The notes beneath the pieces were generated by a model. The model saw only the letters and a program-made list of their open reading frames with translations, ran no database searches and had not been told where the DNA came from. DNA of 64,000 nt from Paraspadella gotoi (Eukaryota > Animalia > Chaetognatha), in contig CM119263.1 of NCBI GenBank assembly GCA_051294375.1, forward strand, positions 24,718,688-24,782,687. The letters run 5' to 3'. A program made the translations under genes and the position numbers. Below are positions 1 to 15,326 of this stretch, piece after piece. Within the stretch, counting starts at the first letter, position 1; each line of letters starts with the position of its first letter.

Positions 1-353
1 CTTCGCCTTCTGCCAATCATCCAAGCTTTGCCATTTGTTCCAAAGTGGTATTTCAGGCACATTGTTGCCCTCAATTCAGCGATCGCTGGAGTCGTTGACT
101 ACGCCAAACAAATTAAAGTCATATCTTTGGAACTCGTGAGCTACTATTAATTTACGAATCCTTCAGGGCCCATCACCCATCACTTTTTTTTAAAATGACG
201 CCGTGAGATATTATAAAAAACCGCACCGTTACACCCTTACACCCTTGTATTATTTCTTATTTAAACCACACATCCCGCGCACTTCCCCTTCCGCCCCTAC
301 TTCTACCTTCACGACAGGCCCATAAACCCAACACCCATCCGTCTTCCGCTCAC

Positions 354-469
354 CATGCCCGCTTTGTGAGCGACGTCGAGAGCGTTGATCCACCGCGCGT
401 GCGCCGTCACCTCGCAGCTGAGGCGCAGCGAGGGCAACTTGTAGATCCGGATGTGGCCTGTCCCGTGAG
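354..469 (-). CDS. WDR54: WDR54-like WD40 protein, internal exon
   Basis: cccag acceptor and gtgag donor. Translates (A)HGTGHIRIYKLPSLRLSCEVTAHARWINALDVAHKAGM, resembling WDR54 GYGNGQVHLYE...QINAHARAICALDLA. Phase matches the 3140-3319 exon. Confidence 0.85.
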
Positions 470-1699
470 CTGGGGAAAGGGTGGAAGATGGGGAGGTTAC
501 GGATAAGTGCGGGGTCGGAGATATAAGAGTGGTCGCGCGTGGAAAGAGCAACGGGGAGAGACCCTTGCGTTGTTCTAGACTAAAATATATTTTCTAGTGC
601 TTGTATCAAATTAAATTTTCTTATGCAAAAAAGTATTCGCGATTATAATGTCGTGAGTTTAATATCAACTCGCCCTCGTGGTCACATCAAAAAGCGATAA
701 AGACATCGGAAATAAAAAAGGGGCGAAAAAAATAAGAAAAAATGTCGTCGAGGGGCCAAACACCGAAACGCCATAAATCTTTGGCCTGAAAAGCGTTTGT
801 TGAAATAAATACGAAAAAAAATCCGACAACAAAACAAGGAATAAAAGCAAAAAAAAAAAAAAAAAAAAATAAAGTAGGACAAAAAATTCTTTCCCCTGAA
901 ACCCAAGCTTTGTTCCGTTTTAGTTGAAACCACTTTCGTCGTCATCCCTTCTTACGGTCCATGGCTCTGTGTCCCTTCTTTAGCCTTATTTGTCACCCTC
1001 TCCATGTCTCCCTGGCTCTCACTCGGCTAACTTTCCTTGGCCCTTTTTTTCCTTGGCTCCTTTTTCTTGGGCTCCCTTTCCCACTCCCTTTTTCGGCTCT
1101 CATTCCTTGGCCCTCAACCCCGTTCAAATCGAACCGATTTTCGTTCCGCCCTCTATCCTTTCCCCTACATCCGGCACGACCTCGATAACCCTTATAGAAA
1201 TTCGATTTCATCTTTTCTGTTGTCCCTAGCATATCGTTCCCGTGCCGCCAAGTCAATTTCGGGCCCTGTCACTTGTCCTCAGCACCTTTTTTTTTTACAT
1301 CTTATTTTTAAAAAAATAATTTTGATTCTTGTCCAAAGATATTGTTATTTTACAAACTATTTATGTAGGTAAATCCTTTTAGAAATCGTCCCTAAACAAA
1401 GAATACGATTTTTTTTTAAATTCAAAGTCTGCGTGTCCCAAGATCACCCTTAACACCTTTAGGTTTACCCATCATCGCTTTTCCTATCTTGACCCACTCA
1501 TCCATCCCGTATTTCTTTTCCCTCTTAACGCTAGGGGTAGCCGCACTCAATGGGGTGAGTCAAAAATTTAGAGTGAGTACATGCTCAAACGAATATTTAG
1601 ACATTTTTAAGAGTACTTTCAATGGACAAAAAATTTCTAATATGGCTCTATACCCTAGTAATTAATTTTTTAATATTTATTTATAGATAGGAAAGGCCA

Positions 1700-1985
1700 A
1701 AAATTTTTTTTGAATTTTTAAATTTTAAGACCAGATTCAGATAGCTCATAAAAAGTTGTCTACACAAAGTATGATTCTTTTTTAAATATTTTTATGATAA
1801 GTGTGTCAAAAATAAGAAAAACTATAAAAAATCATCATCATCATCATCTTTCGATGATTTTATCAGTTTTTTATATTTTCACTTAGAAAACGTAAGAATT
1901 TTTAAAAGCTGTAATTATATTTCTTGTTTAACTTTTTATGCTCTATCAGAATCCATCAAAAAATTTTAAGATTTTAAAAAAATAT
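1700..1985. repeat. AT-rich, internally inverted dispersed repeat (MITE-like)
   Basis: gattcagatagctcataaaaagtt (~1735-1758) is an imperfect inverse of aactttttatgctctatcagaatc (~1930-1953), around a (CAT)n core. Related sequence occurs at ~22600-22800 and ~30350-30520. Confidence 0.5.
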
Positions 1986-3139
1986 TTTTTGCTCTATATA
2001 GTAATATAATATTTTTAATTAGGCGAGTACCCTCAGAAGAAAGCATTTTTGACAAAAAATATTTTAATACCATAATCTATGGTCATGATAGATTATTTTA
2101 ACGCTGTATACATTAGCATTTAAATTTCATCGGCTATGGCTATTAACGCAACCTCTTTTCTACCCTCAGCTCTGCTCGCCTTTTCCACTCCCTCCACTCC
2201 CCGCCTCCCTTTTGTTTTCTTGCTGCCATCATCCGACCCCCTCTACTCCTTCCCCAACCCTGCCTCCCCCTCAACTCCCCCCAACTTCCCCGCATGGGCG
2301 CCGATGACGACGCTTCTCCCGCCGCCATTTTTGTTTCGCGACAAAAGAGGCAAAGAAGAAGAAAGAGGATGAGGAAGAAAGAAAGAAAAAAAGAAAGAAA
2401 GAAAGAGTAGGAAGATTCTGCGAAAAGTGGTAAAACAACATGAAAATCCAAATTGAATCAGCGTCGGGTGGGAACCATGCTTAGCGTCGTGTATCGTATC
2501 GTATCGCGGGACCGAGAACTGAGATTTTGCTTTAACATTAAGAGAGAGAAAAAAATAATCCTTTAGCTTCGTTGGCCGAAGGATGACCCCGGCCCCTGGG
2601 GCGCGATTATCTCAGGGGACCAATAAAACTCCACTCGACAAAAGGGTAAGTTTCGAAAAATGACCCCCAAAAAAGGTGAGGATCTCGTCTCGAGGGATTT
2701 GAGGCTTCGGTCGGTGCGAATGGCCGGCCGAGGAGCCGATGGCTTCACCCCGGTTGGCTGGTATTACCCGGACGACCGGAGGGACACGGTTTGCTGGGGC
2801 TGTTTTTCGTTTCGAGCAAAACCATTCGACGAATGAATGAGTACAAAAACAAAGTTTTTATGTTTTCTAAATATTTATTATTGCTAAATTTTAAACATTT
2901 AGTTTTTGCTGAATTTACGACGCTGTAACTGTAAGAGAAACAAAAAAGAGAAAGAGTGAGGGAGAGTGAGAGTGGTAGGAGAAGAAAGAGAGGGAGGAAT
3001 TTACCCCGGCAATAGAAATATTGAGACAGAGAAAGAGAGATAGAGATTCTTCCGCAGAGGGACAGAGACAGAGATCTTGACGCTTTCAAACTCTTCACCC
3101 ACAACTTCAAAATCCGCTGCCCTTCTCTACTCGTCTCAC

Positions 3140-3319
3140 CCGTAACGAGGAGGTCCTCGTAGATCCTGACGGCGGTTGGCGTCCCGATTTCCTTGAGACG
3201 TTTCTCGTGGACGACGGAGCGCTCTTTCGTCAGACGCCAGAGGACGACGTCGCCGTCGTCGTCGACGCTGACGAGGTTGGCGCCCGAGGACGTCAGGTCA
3301 GCGATCGGCGCCGCGTGAC
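3140..3319 (-). CDS. WDR54: WDR54-like protein, internal exon (180 bp, missed by ORF track)
   Basis: gaccag|...|gtgag boundaries. Translates GHAAPIADLTSSGANLVSVDDDGDVVLWRLTKERSVVHEKRLKEIGTPTAVRIYEDLLVT, a GH...W WD repeat resembling WDR54 GHQMPITDI...VTADDSGLLCVWR. Confidence 0.85.
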
Positions 3320-5807
3320 CTGGTCAGGATAAAAGGGGTGGGCTGGGTTGTTGGTTTCAAAGCGACGTGGCAGCCTTATTATGCGCGGCACCCTGAGGCG
3401 ACGAAACGGGTTCCGACGTTCCGTTCTCGTCGAATGATTTTCGAATTTAAAGAAAACATTAAGTTTCCAATGGGGAGGAAAAACCTGTTTGGAAAAACAA
3501 TTTAATCATTAATGGGAATTTGGATTCTTTGAACGACAAAGTACTATAAAAATAGCGATGGGTTGAGACCGACGGACGGATTGACATAAATGGAGACGTT
3601 ACTGACAAAAAAAAAAATCCACGATTTTCTGAGTCAATGCTGAAGCTAAACCGACACAGGCCCGAACTCATTTCGAGAATGAGGGGGGGCGTAGGGGAAG
3701 GGGAGAAGGGACGGCTGCCGGAATTCCTCGACCTTGGAATGGAGTCGACAACCGATTGACAAACGACGTCGTCCCCGAGTTTGACAACGAACGATGAAGA
3801 CGGGTCGTCGAGGTTGAGTCAGCGAAGACGTGAACTTTTTTTAATTGTCTTTACAGTTGTTGATCATCATTTGTGGTTGTCTTTCCAATGCTTGCAAAGA
3901 GACCGATGATTGTCCATGATTCACTATACATCGAGGTTTCAAAACCTCAAATATTATCGTCGTTATGATCGGAGCGATATAGAAGTAAAACTCAAAATAG
4001 CGAAGGGAAAGAATAGGATAAAAAAAACTTTTTAATTCCCAAACTTTACTTTTAATCTTCCACTCAATTTCGATAACCAAATCTCGTCTAAATTACTCTT
4101 TAGACTTTACTTTTATTATGTTTTCTTTATCAATTCCAGACTCCACAGTCCACACTCCGTCTTTTAACAATTTCACACCACAGGTTCAATAATTAAAATT
4201 GCAGAACATATTTTAATTTCTTGACCATTCATGAGGTAATTATTACTAATATTACTACAAATGTATTACTATTAAATGTAATGAATCAACAGAAACATCA
4301 CAATGATAACGACAACCAAAATCGAGGAAGAAAAATCCCGACAGAAATAAATGACGACGTCAACATCAAAAATGGCCGAAGGGGAGTTCGCTTAATAATA
4401 TTCGACGGAAAGAATGAATAGTGAATGCGGCGATGATTGATGAACGTGCGGACCTAAGAGTAGTCGACCCTCTATTAGAGGGCCTCTAATAGATCGAAAT
4501 TATTATGGGAGGGAAGCGCAAAAGCTCACTTAAGCTAAAAGTAAAAGTAAATTCGACAGTTTTGGATATATTGAGTCTCAATTTGAGATAAGAAATTTGT
4601 ACTAACGAGTGATTGAATGGAAACAAATGAATGTACGAAATGAATGAATTCCCTCCCAACCTCTTCTCGACCGTCGGAACTTCTTCACCCCTGCGGAGAA
4701 TTGGGGCGCGGTTCCAACGAATACGAAACGAAGAACTAGGATCCGTCGAAAATGATGGAAAAGGATGGAAATGATGAAGAGAGCCGAAGGAGAGAATCGC
4801 CGACTGATTATGCAATTATGATGAGGATCGAAGAAGACAGGACGACGGGAGAGGCTGAAGGGGAGGACGAGGGGGGGGGAGGGGGGAGAAGTGAGGAAAA
4901 CGGGAATGAGATGGAAAAATGGTCAAAACTGTTATGACAAGAAAAGCGACGTGAATTACTAGAGAGGTTACAAGAAGTTGTTGAGTGTTGAGGACCTCTG
5001 GACCATTGATTCAAGTTTAGTTGCGATCTCAAGGTCAACTAAAGGTAGAAGGATTAAAGTAGTTCAAACTCTTTGAGGCACTTTGCTTCTCAGTAAGGCG
5101 CCAAGTTTTTAAAATTAAAAGGAAAGGTAAAAGTTCAGTCGATTGTTCGAGGGATTAGACACGATTCTCTTCTCTTCTCTTCTCTCTCTCTCTCTCTCTC
5201 TCCATCTCATCCTCTTGTGCTCTCGTCTGGCTCTCGTCTCTCGTCTCACTCTAGTCATCTCGTTTGTCTCTCTCTCTCTCTCTCTCTCTCCTCTCTCTTC
5301 CCTCCTGAGAGTCGCTTAGCTTTTCTCTCTCGACCCCCATGCGGGTCAACGCATTCACCGGCGAGTAGACGGGGGGCGGGCGGCGACTGGGTGTATAATC
5401 GCGTTAGTGGTGGAAAAAGGCGCGAGAGGTTGGGCGCGTTGTAGTTGTGGGGAGTTTGGGGGTTGTGGGGTGCCTCGGAGTTGGAGGGAGAAAGGTCGGC
5501 CAAGTTCAAACACCCCGCGGGGTCACGGGGAGGTCAACGGGGACTTCGGGGGAAGAGTCGAAGGTAGAGGGGGTGGCCAGTAGGGGGCGGGGAAAGGACA
5601 TTAGGGGTAAGTGAATAAGGGTCAAAAAAATGAAAAGAAAAAAAAAAGAAGATGACGAGAGGATGGCGATATTGAGACGATAAGAAAGAGAACGAAAACA
5701 AGTCTTTCTCTCAGAAATATTATGCGGTTATTGCCTCGTCTCTCTGTCCGACTGAGAAAGACGATAAAAAGAAGAAGAGTTACATCATCGGCCAACGCTG
5801 GCTTTTT

Positions 5808-7459
<1,652 letters not shown>

Positions 7460-9294
7460 TAAAAGTGAGTTGTCTAAAAAAATAGATTGCTGTGTCTCAT
7501 AACGTTCGTTTACACGCTTTTATAACTTTGACCAATAGCCATAGCGGTAATTTGGCGCCTTTTATTTTTTTTTAAAAAACCCCGAATTCTACGCAGAACG
7601 AAGCCCAGTTTCCCATTAGCATGCATAGTCTTAGTGGCCATAATCGCTTAAAAGGGTCTTGGCTAAAAACTGCTTTAAAAGCCGCGTCGTCTGCTATAGA
7701 CAGATCGTTTGCTTTCGAACCGACGTCTCGCGAAACCGAGCGGGAACGAACGCGTTTAAATAAAACTACGAACGATTTGACTCCAAATAATAAATTACTT
7801 ATGCTCGAGAGAACAAAAGAAATTCCTAGAAAAATCCTTTTCGATGGGCGAACAAGATCGAGGATTAATTTTATCACCGGATATTTTAAAAAGATATTTT
7901 GGATTTTCGACTTTCTTTGAAAAAAAAAGTGTATTTATTTTACAATCAATCATAGCTACACGAAATAGTTAGCGGAAGGTTCGAAGAAAAAAAAAAGGGG
8001 AAATATTTGGGTACATATTTGGCGAAAAAATTTGGGTCGATGGGTTCCATCTCGCGAAATACCATCTGACGATTCCATCTAACGATTCCATCGCCGATTT
8101 CAACGACGATTCCATCTAATCTCCGAGACGTCGTTGGCTGAATGTAACCGGATTTAAAAGGGATTTTTTCCCCGCGAATCTTTGGAACATACGGAGAGAA
8201 CCATCAAGACGCCATTCAAGTTTCTCCCTTCGAACAATTAACTCAAATTGAAAACAGCTCCCTTGCGTCGGAAGATGGAGCGACGAAGCCGAGGTTCTTT
8301 CCATACCACTTTCCCCGGTTCACTCTTGTCAACCGAAATAAATCATCACCATACGCAATGCTATTTTACGTTTACGCTAATGAGTTTGTTCTGTTACATA
8401 TCACTGTAAATGTCCTCTTTGAACGACTTTGGGTTACATATGACATGCCGAACCTGGCAAGTGGCAACCACACAAAGATCTTCATCATAATTATCATCAT
8501 TCCGTCCCTTGTACGGCGATATACTTACGTGGTACATTCTTGGGACATTCTCCATCTCCGTGACACTAATTTTTCTTCCCTTAGCAACCGTAAATAACCT
8601 CGGTCGCTTAAAATAAAAAGCAATCCAAACCCTATGCATCGGAACGCGAATTTTCCTACCCCTGCTAAGGAGGGATCAAAATAACTTCCCTTGGCAGCGA
8701 GAGCTTAATGGCAAATCCCTTCTCTCGATGGCATCATCACTCTCGATTCCCGATGCCAAGGATGTAGTTGAACTTTTAAGAGAAACCCAGAACCAATGAC
8801 TCCGACGCCGTCACGCTCTTAGCTAATTATCGTCAGGCGCTTGAGTTCGCAACAATTTAAGAAAAAAAAACAAAAAAAATAAAAGCAAAGAAAGAAGAAG
8901 AAAGAAGCTTTGTTGCGTTTAGACAACTACTTACTTCATGAAATTAGTACAAACAATGTAAAAATATATATTCATTCAATAAATATCTCGCCTCTGACTT
9001 TGGACAGACTACTGATAACATACTACCTTGTATGGCGAGACTGCATTTCTGGATTATCATTTATAATTCTCATTTTGCGTCAAACAGGCATAAATCCAGA
9101 CCCTCAATATTTAAAAAAAAAAAGTAACCCCTCGCAAGGCCCCAGCGTCCGTGAACCAAAACGGGAAAATAAGACCCAAAACACATTGGAAATTCGTGGA
9201 AACGAGATTCATCGTTTCTGTGGAAATCTTTCTTGATTGATGCCCAGAAGATGAAGGCGGAAAATGGAAAAGTGTGAAAGAAGTGACGGGGAGG

Positions 9295-9488
9295 TGGGAC
9301 GGACGGACGGATGGACGGACGGACAGGCAGACAGACAGACGGACGGACGACATCATTTTTTTGCATATTTCATCATAATTCGATGTTCTGACATTGATAT
9401 AAGTTAGTGCCCGACAATATTGAGGGGGCTGGACCGACGGACCAACAAAGTGAGTCGAGATCTGCTGATAGGCAGATCCGTCTAAAAA
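9295..9488 (-). mobile_element. Short non-autonomous repeat: TTTTTAG + hairpin + (GTCC/GTCG)n, Helentron/HINE-like
   Basis: Minus strand reads tttttagacggatctgcctatcagcagatctc...ggtccgtcggtcc, with a (GGAC)n tract at ~9297-9348. The same architecture occurs at 15955-16027 and in its inverted copy at 18726-18820. Confidence 0.4.
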
Positions 9489-10624
9489 TCAACATGACCC
9501 AACTTCACACGGCAGAAACATTAGGCTTCTAATTTTATAAAACATAAATTACATTATTTACAATATCATGCAATGTCAAATGTGCATCAGCTAATGTGAC
9601 AGGTAGGCGATACCTCTGTATTTCACCACCAATCATAGTACAATCATAAAGTTTTTTTTAATTGTGATGAAAAATTAAGTTAGAATTTGGTTGGACAGGT
9701 TTTGACAAAATTTTATTCGTCGATTGAATAATTTTTTTTCTGTGCATCCAAGATTTGGGTAACCTGATGCATTTATTAAAAATATAAATGGTTAGAAATT
9801 TATGTATCTATCACTTTACAATTTAATTATTTTTCTTTATTACTTAGATGTCCAATCATTTTAATATCTTTTAATTATTATAGTTATACCTTAAACAATT
9901 AAAATAGTTAAGATTTCTTATCATTTCAAAAATTGCTTACTTTAGGCAGTACTGACAGACCCCCTCAATTCAGTTGGGATGTACCTCACCTTGAGTATCG
10001 CCCAGAAATACGGCTGTTACTGAAGAAATTCTTTTTTTGTTAATAAACTAAATAATTTAAAAATATTATTGATATTCTTAAACATTTCCACAGTACTTTA
10101 CCAAATAGAAAAATAATTCAACAACTTGAAACACTTTAAAAGAGCTTTTTTGCTGTAAAAATAAAATACTGCATTAAAATATCATCAGTGATAATAGGAT
10201 AAAACTTTTACTTAATAAAATTTAAAACCCGACATCTAATTACATTTTTAAGTGATCATGAAGATCTCTGCTTCCTTGATGAAGCGCAAAAATATTGACA
10301 GTCCCAACATTATAGTCTTCCAGTTTCAGATTCTGAGATTACAAAAAATTAATATTAATTTTGGAATTTGTGTTCATTAAACCTTTCCTTGGAAACTCCA
10401 TGTCAATTGATACTCTTTATAAATCAGCACTTATAATGACGCATTCCTCCCTGAGATTTTCTTCAGTCTTTCAATTCTTTTAAAAACTACCAGGGTCCTA
10501 ATAAGAAATAAATAACACTTTAAGTCGTTAAAAAATATATAAAAGAAGCGCATAAGAAAAATCTGGATTGACAAATTTTGAAACTAAAAAAAAAACAAAT
10601 TTGAGAAAATAAAATTGATTTATA

Positions 10625-11400
10625 AACAGAAAGAAAAAGAAGAAAAGAATAGAAAGGAAAGAAAGAATAGAAAGAAAGAAAGAATAGAAAGGAAAGAAAG
10701 AATAGAAAGGAAAAAAGAATCAAAAGGAAGAAAGAATCGAAAGGAAAGAAGAATAGAAAGGAAAGAGAGAATATAAAGGAAAGAAAGGAAAGAAAGAATA
10801 GAAAGAAAAGGAAGAATAGAAAGAAAAGAAAGAATAGAAGGAAAGAAAGAATAAAAAGAATAGAAAGGAAGAAGGAATAGAAAGGAAAGAAAGAATAGAA
10901 AGGAAAAAAGAATTGAAAGGAAAAGAAAGAATAGAAAGAAAAAAAGAATCGAAAGGAAAGAAAGAATAGAAAGGAAAGAGAATATAAAGAAAAGAAAGAA
11001 AAAGAATTGAAAGAAAAGAAAGAATAGAAAGAAAAGAAAGAATAGAAAGGAAAGAAAGAATAAAAAGAATAGAAAGGGAAAGAAAGAATAGAAAGGAAAG
11101 AAAGAATAAAAAGAATAGAAAGAAAGAAAGAATAGAAGGAAAGAAAGAATAGAAAGGAAAGAAAGAATAGAAGGAAAAAAAAGAATCAAAAGGAACGAAA
11201 GAATAGAAAGGAAAGAGAGAATATAAGGAAAGAAAGAATAGAAAGGAAGAAAAAGAATAAAAAGAAAAAGAAAGAAAGAATAGAAAGGAAAAAAGAATAA
11301 AAGGAAAGAAAGAATAGAAAGGAAAAAAAAGAATCGAAAGGAAAGAAAGAATAGAAAGGAAAGAGAGAATAGAAAGGAAAGAAAGAAAAATAAAGAGAGA
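10625..11400. repeat. Purine-rich minisatellite, ~18-bp unit GAAAGAATAGAAAGGAAA
   Basis: Many degenerate tandem copies of gaatagaaaggaaagaaa. Source of the FLSILSF/FYSFFP pseudo-ORFs. Confidence 0.9.
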
Positions 11401-11656
11401 GTGACGAGAAGAAAGACAAAATAAAAACCCCATGTTGCGAAAGCAAAATGATAACAATGTACGAATGCGATGCCTAATTTTACGAGTTCAATCCTAATTC
11501 AATTTTTTTTAATAAAAACGCAGAGAGAGAAAAGAGAGAGAGAGAGAGAGAAGCCAAATCGTTTTTGGACGAATCAGCAGAAGCAGCAGGAGAAAACCTT
11601 TTTCATTGGCAAATAAACTGATCAGCAGAAGCAGCCCCTGAGAAAAAAAAAGAGAG

Positions 11657-11696
<40 letters not shown>

Positions 11697-13329
11697 GAGA
11701 GATAGAGAGAGAAAGAGATAGAGAAAGTGGGAGAGAGAGAGAGAGGAGAGAAGCAAATCGTTTTTTCGGACGAATCAGCAGCGGCAGCAATCAGCAACTG
11801 GGGAAAAGAAAGAGAGAGAGCTTTCATATAAGTTGGAACGACGACGACGCTACGCCACTTATGCGCAAAAGCGTTACGAGATTGTCGCAACGCAAAGCGA
11901 TTGCGACGATAAAAATGCACGGTATAACAAGTATACTTCTTACCACTATTGCCAGTTTTTTCTTGCAATCAAATCCAACTCCAATTTGGTATTGCTAAAA
12001 AGCAAAAGCATTTTTTTAATAAATTGAAAATAAATAATTTCAAATTTGTCCTTAAAAAATAAAAGATAGGTAACAACATTTTCTATCACTTTTCTTTTCA
12101 TAAAGTTTACCTTTTACTCGCGCATTTTGCGTCATGCGCGATGAATTTATTTACACTTCTCGCTACTTTCCGTCGTAGAAAAAGTTGAAAAAAACGAAGG
12201 AAATCGACGAGTAAAAACAATTCGTATAAAGTTTTTTTACCTTTATCTAACAAACCGAAAAATTTCGTATTTTTTTGTAACGAAATAGTAAAACTCGATA
12301 ACTTTTCATGATAAAAATATACCGATGCATTGTTGATTGTATTTTCTGCTTTCTCTACAATCTCACGGACGGATTATTTGATCAGTTCATGTCTTATATT
12401 TTTATTTGCTTATCAAAAGTAAAGTATCCTTTTTTAGTACTTTAAAAAAATATACTATATCTAAATGTTGGAATTTTCAAAACGAATCCGTAGCTTTGAT
12501 GACGAGAAATAAAAGAACATACACGCAAAGTTTGGAACTTTTCAGGTCAACCCAGTGGAAGAAAGAACTTATTTTGCAAAAAAACCTTTCTCTCTATATC
12601 TCACTGAATGATGAGTTAAAAATTTTTTGAAAACGGTTTTTGTAGAGCGGACCGAGGTTCAGGCCGTGATGTGAGAGAAAATAATGTATCATTAGTACTA
12701 ATTACTAAATAGGCCAATTAAAAAAGACACAGTCCCCTTAAAGTCATTTTAAGATTAGTTCTTCTATTATTAATTTATTTTTATTTAGTTTTTTTAATAA
12801 TTTTTTCATTCATTTTGGTTTTATTTCATTTGCTTCTTTGTTTGTTTTAAAAGTGAAATAAAAAAAATTATATATTATTTTAAATAAGATTTAATTTGTA
12901 AGAAAATGTATGCAACTATTTGCATGTGCATATATATTATATTTCAATATATTCTTTGATGTAAATGCATAAAATTAATTGAAAGGAAAAACGAAAAAAA
13001 AATTGGGAGAAAATAAGTAAGATAAAAAAAACACTAGAAGGGAAGAAAAAAAATGAAAAAGGTAAAAAGAGAGAAAAAAAGGAGAGAAAGAAAGGGGGAA
13101 AAGAGGAGGGGAAAAGAAAGAAAGAAAAAGAAAGTATAAAAGGAGATTAGTATAGAAAAAAGATTAAAAGGGTTGAAATAACAAGGAAAAAATAGGAAAA
13201 AATGAAAAGAGAGAGAGAGAGGTGAAAAATATGGTGAGAAAAGGAGAGGAGAATAAGAGAGGACAAGAAAAAATTATTTTCTTATAAAAAATCAAAGATT
13301 TTATACCAAAAAATAAAAAAATCATATTT

Positions 13330-13431
13330 AAAATTAACCGAATTTAACCGTTAAAATAAATATATTAACGGTTAGGTTAAAATTATTTTTAACCGTTATA
13401 ACGTTAACTGTTAACGGTTATCGTAACCCTA
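13330..13431. mobile_element. Probable right end of a hAT-type DNA transposon/MITE
   Basis: Clustered TAACCG/CGGTTA subterminal motifs in both orientations, ending in ...cgtaacccta (TAGGG-type TIR). The matching left end was not identified. Confidence 0.45.
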
Positions 13432-14840
13432 TCACAGTCTTAATCGATTTCTCTGCCGTGTTTCCATCACTCACTACGAGACCTTTTTCTTGTCTGCTAC
13501 GCCAGTCTTTGACTTCCAAACGTCCAAATTGGGTTTTCAGACCAATGATAAAAATTTCAATTCATTAAAATAAATAAAGCTATCTGTGCCAATGACATTT
13601 TGGATAGGCAATAGTGGATTAAGGCCTCCTGTCCTCTCTAGCAAGACCAATGTAAGCTTTCAAGTCAAAATCTCTGTCTGATTTATTCACTATCAGAATG
13701 CCTGGCTTCCCTACAATTGACAATATTTGAAAAAAATGTTTTAATTGTATAAGAAGGACCAGATCCCTAATTTCCGTCATACGTTCCACCTGTTTCTCGC
13801 TCACCATTCGTTCGCGCTCGGCTAACGCCTATTCTCCCTTATGACTTATCAATCGTAAACCGCGTCAAGCTTTCCACGCTTTCCTCCAATTCCAATAATT
13901 TTCGAATGCTCATCGCCAAAAAGTCGTCATTTTTCTCGCCCCGCGTCTCTTCCATCATTTCGAAAGGCCCACGGCGATTTATCCAGTTTTCTCTTCTCTT
14001 AATCAATTATAAACCCTTTTTTTCTCCTAATCCACAGTGCGCCAATTAATTCCGCGCTCGCAATCTAATAATCGACCCAATCAGTTTTTACCCTCGCTTC
14101 CGCTTTCTCTCCTTCGCATTTATGATTTAAGACCGAACTGCAACAGATGCTTCATGCCTCTTAATTTCTAATGGAAACTCGTTTTAATCGTAGATTGTGA
14201 CGCTGCTTCATCCAACGTCACACCCAATATCCAACAAATTTCTCCCAACGCGTCCCTCCGACTATTTTCACTTCCGTTTCTCCGTAAAATAAATTTCATC
14301 TCCATTCAATCAACGCAGCTCCAATCCCACCCCCCCCCCTCCTCCGCTCCCTCTCTCCGCCAGCAATTCACTCGGTCGACTCCAAATCATAAACTTCAAT
14401 TTCCTTCACCCAGGAATTTATCCTTCAACCATTTTCTCCTTGGAATATATTTGGACGCCTTTTTTTTCTTCCTTTCTTTTTTTTCCTTTTCATAGTCATC
14501 CTTTATTTTCTTTCTTATTTTTTTTTTTAATTCACTTTCTTTTTTTTTTCCCATGATTCCCTCTGTCTTCGCCTTCTCTTTTTATTCTGTCCTGTCGCCT
14601 TTCAAGTTTTTTCTTTTTTTCTTTCTTTTTTTTCTTTCAAAATCGTGTTTCTTCTTTATCCTTTTTTTTTCCCAATTTTTCCCCTACCCCCCCCCTCAAC
14701 CCTCCCCCCATTCCCGTCATTCCCTCCAATTTCGCCTTGATTCGTTCTTCCATCTCGCCTTCATGAATGGTAATGGAGGCCCAAAGGTCATTGCGTGAAT
14801 CTCACGTACGCTCCACTACCGTTTATTCCTGTTTGCTTCA

Positions 14841-14918
<78 letters not shown>

Positions 14919-15281
14919 TTCTCTTCCTCTCCTGATTTCTGGGTTCAACGCCTTGCTTCTTCTATTTTCAAAGGGTGAGTTAAGTTGAGAGAAGCCATTA
15001 TTTTTCTTCTTTTTTTTTTTTGAAAGGTGGGGTGTGGCGCAGTCGCCTCGATCACGATCTTTGCGGTGAACTCGAATAAATTTTGTTTGGGATTTGCTCC
15101 AGGGGGGTTTTGTTTTGGTGATATTTGCGAAAACAATGAAACTTGCAACACCCTCTAGCTGTCTCAATACTAACTTTTTTTCCTGTTGTACTGATCAAAT
15201 TTCATGTAATTCCATCAAGTTTTCGCGCGAATTTTCTTCCTATCAACTTTTTGCCCTCTCTCTCTCTCTCTCTCTCTTGTC

Positions 15282-15326
<45 letters not shown>

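Noticed and set aside
10520-11457. Phe/Ser/Leu-rich 189-245 aa ORFs resembling membrane proteins
   Set aside because: Reverse translation of the purine minisatellite.
13619-13807. ORF with ILIVNKSD resembling a GTPase G4 motif
   Set aside because: No other GTPase motifs, and the motif context is not preserved in the related copy at ~49200.
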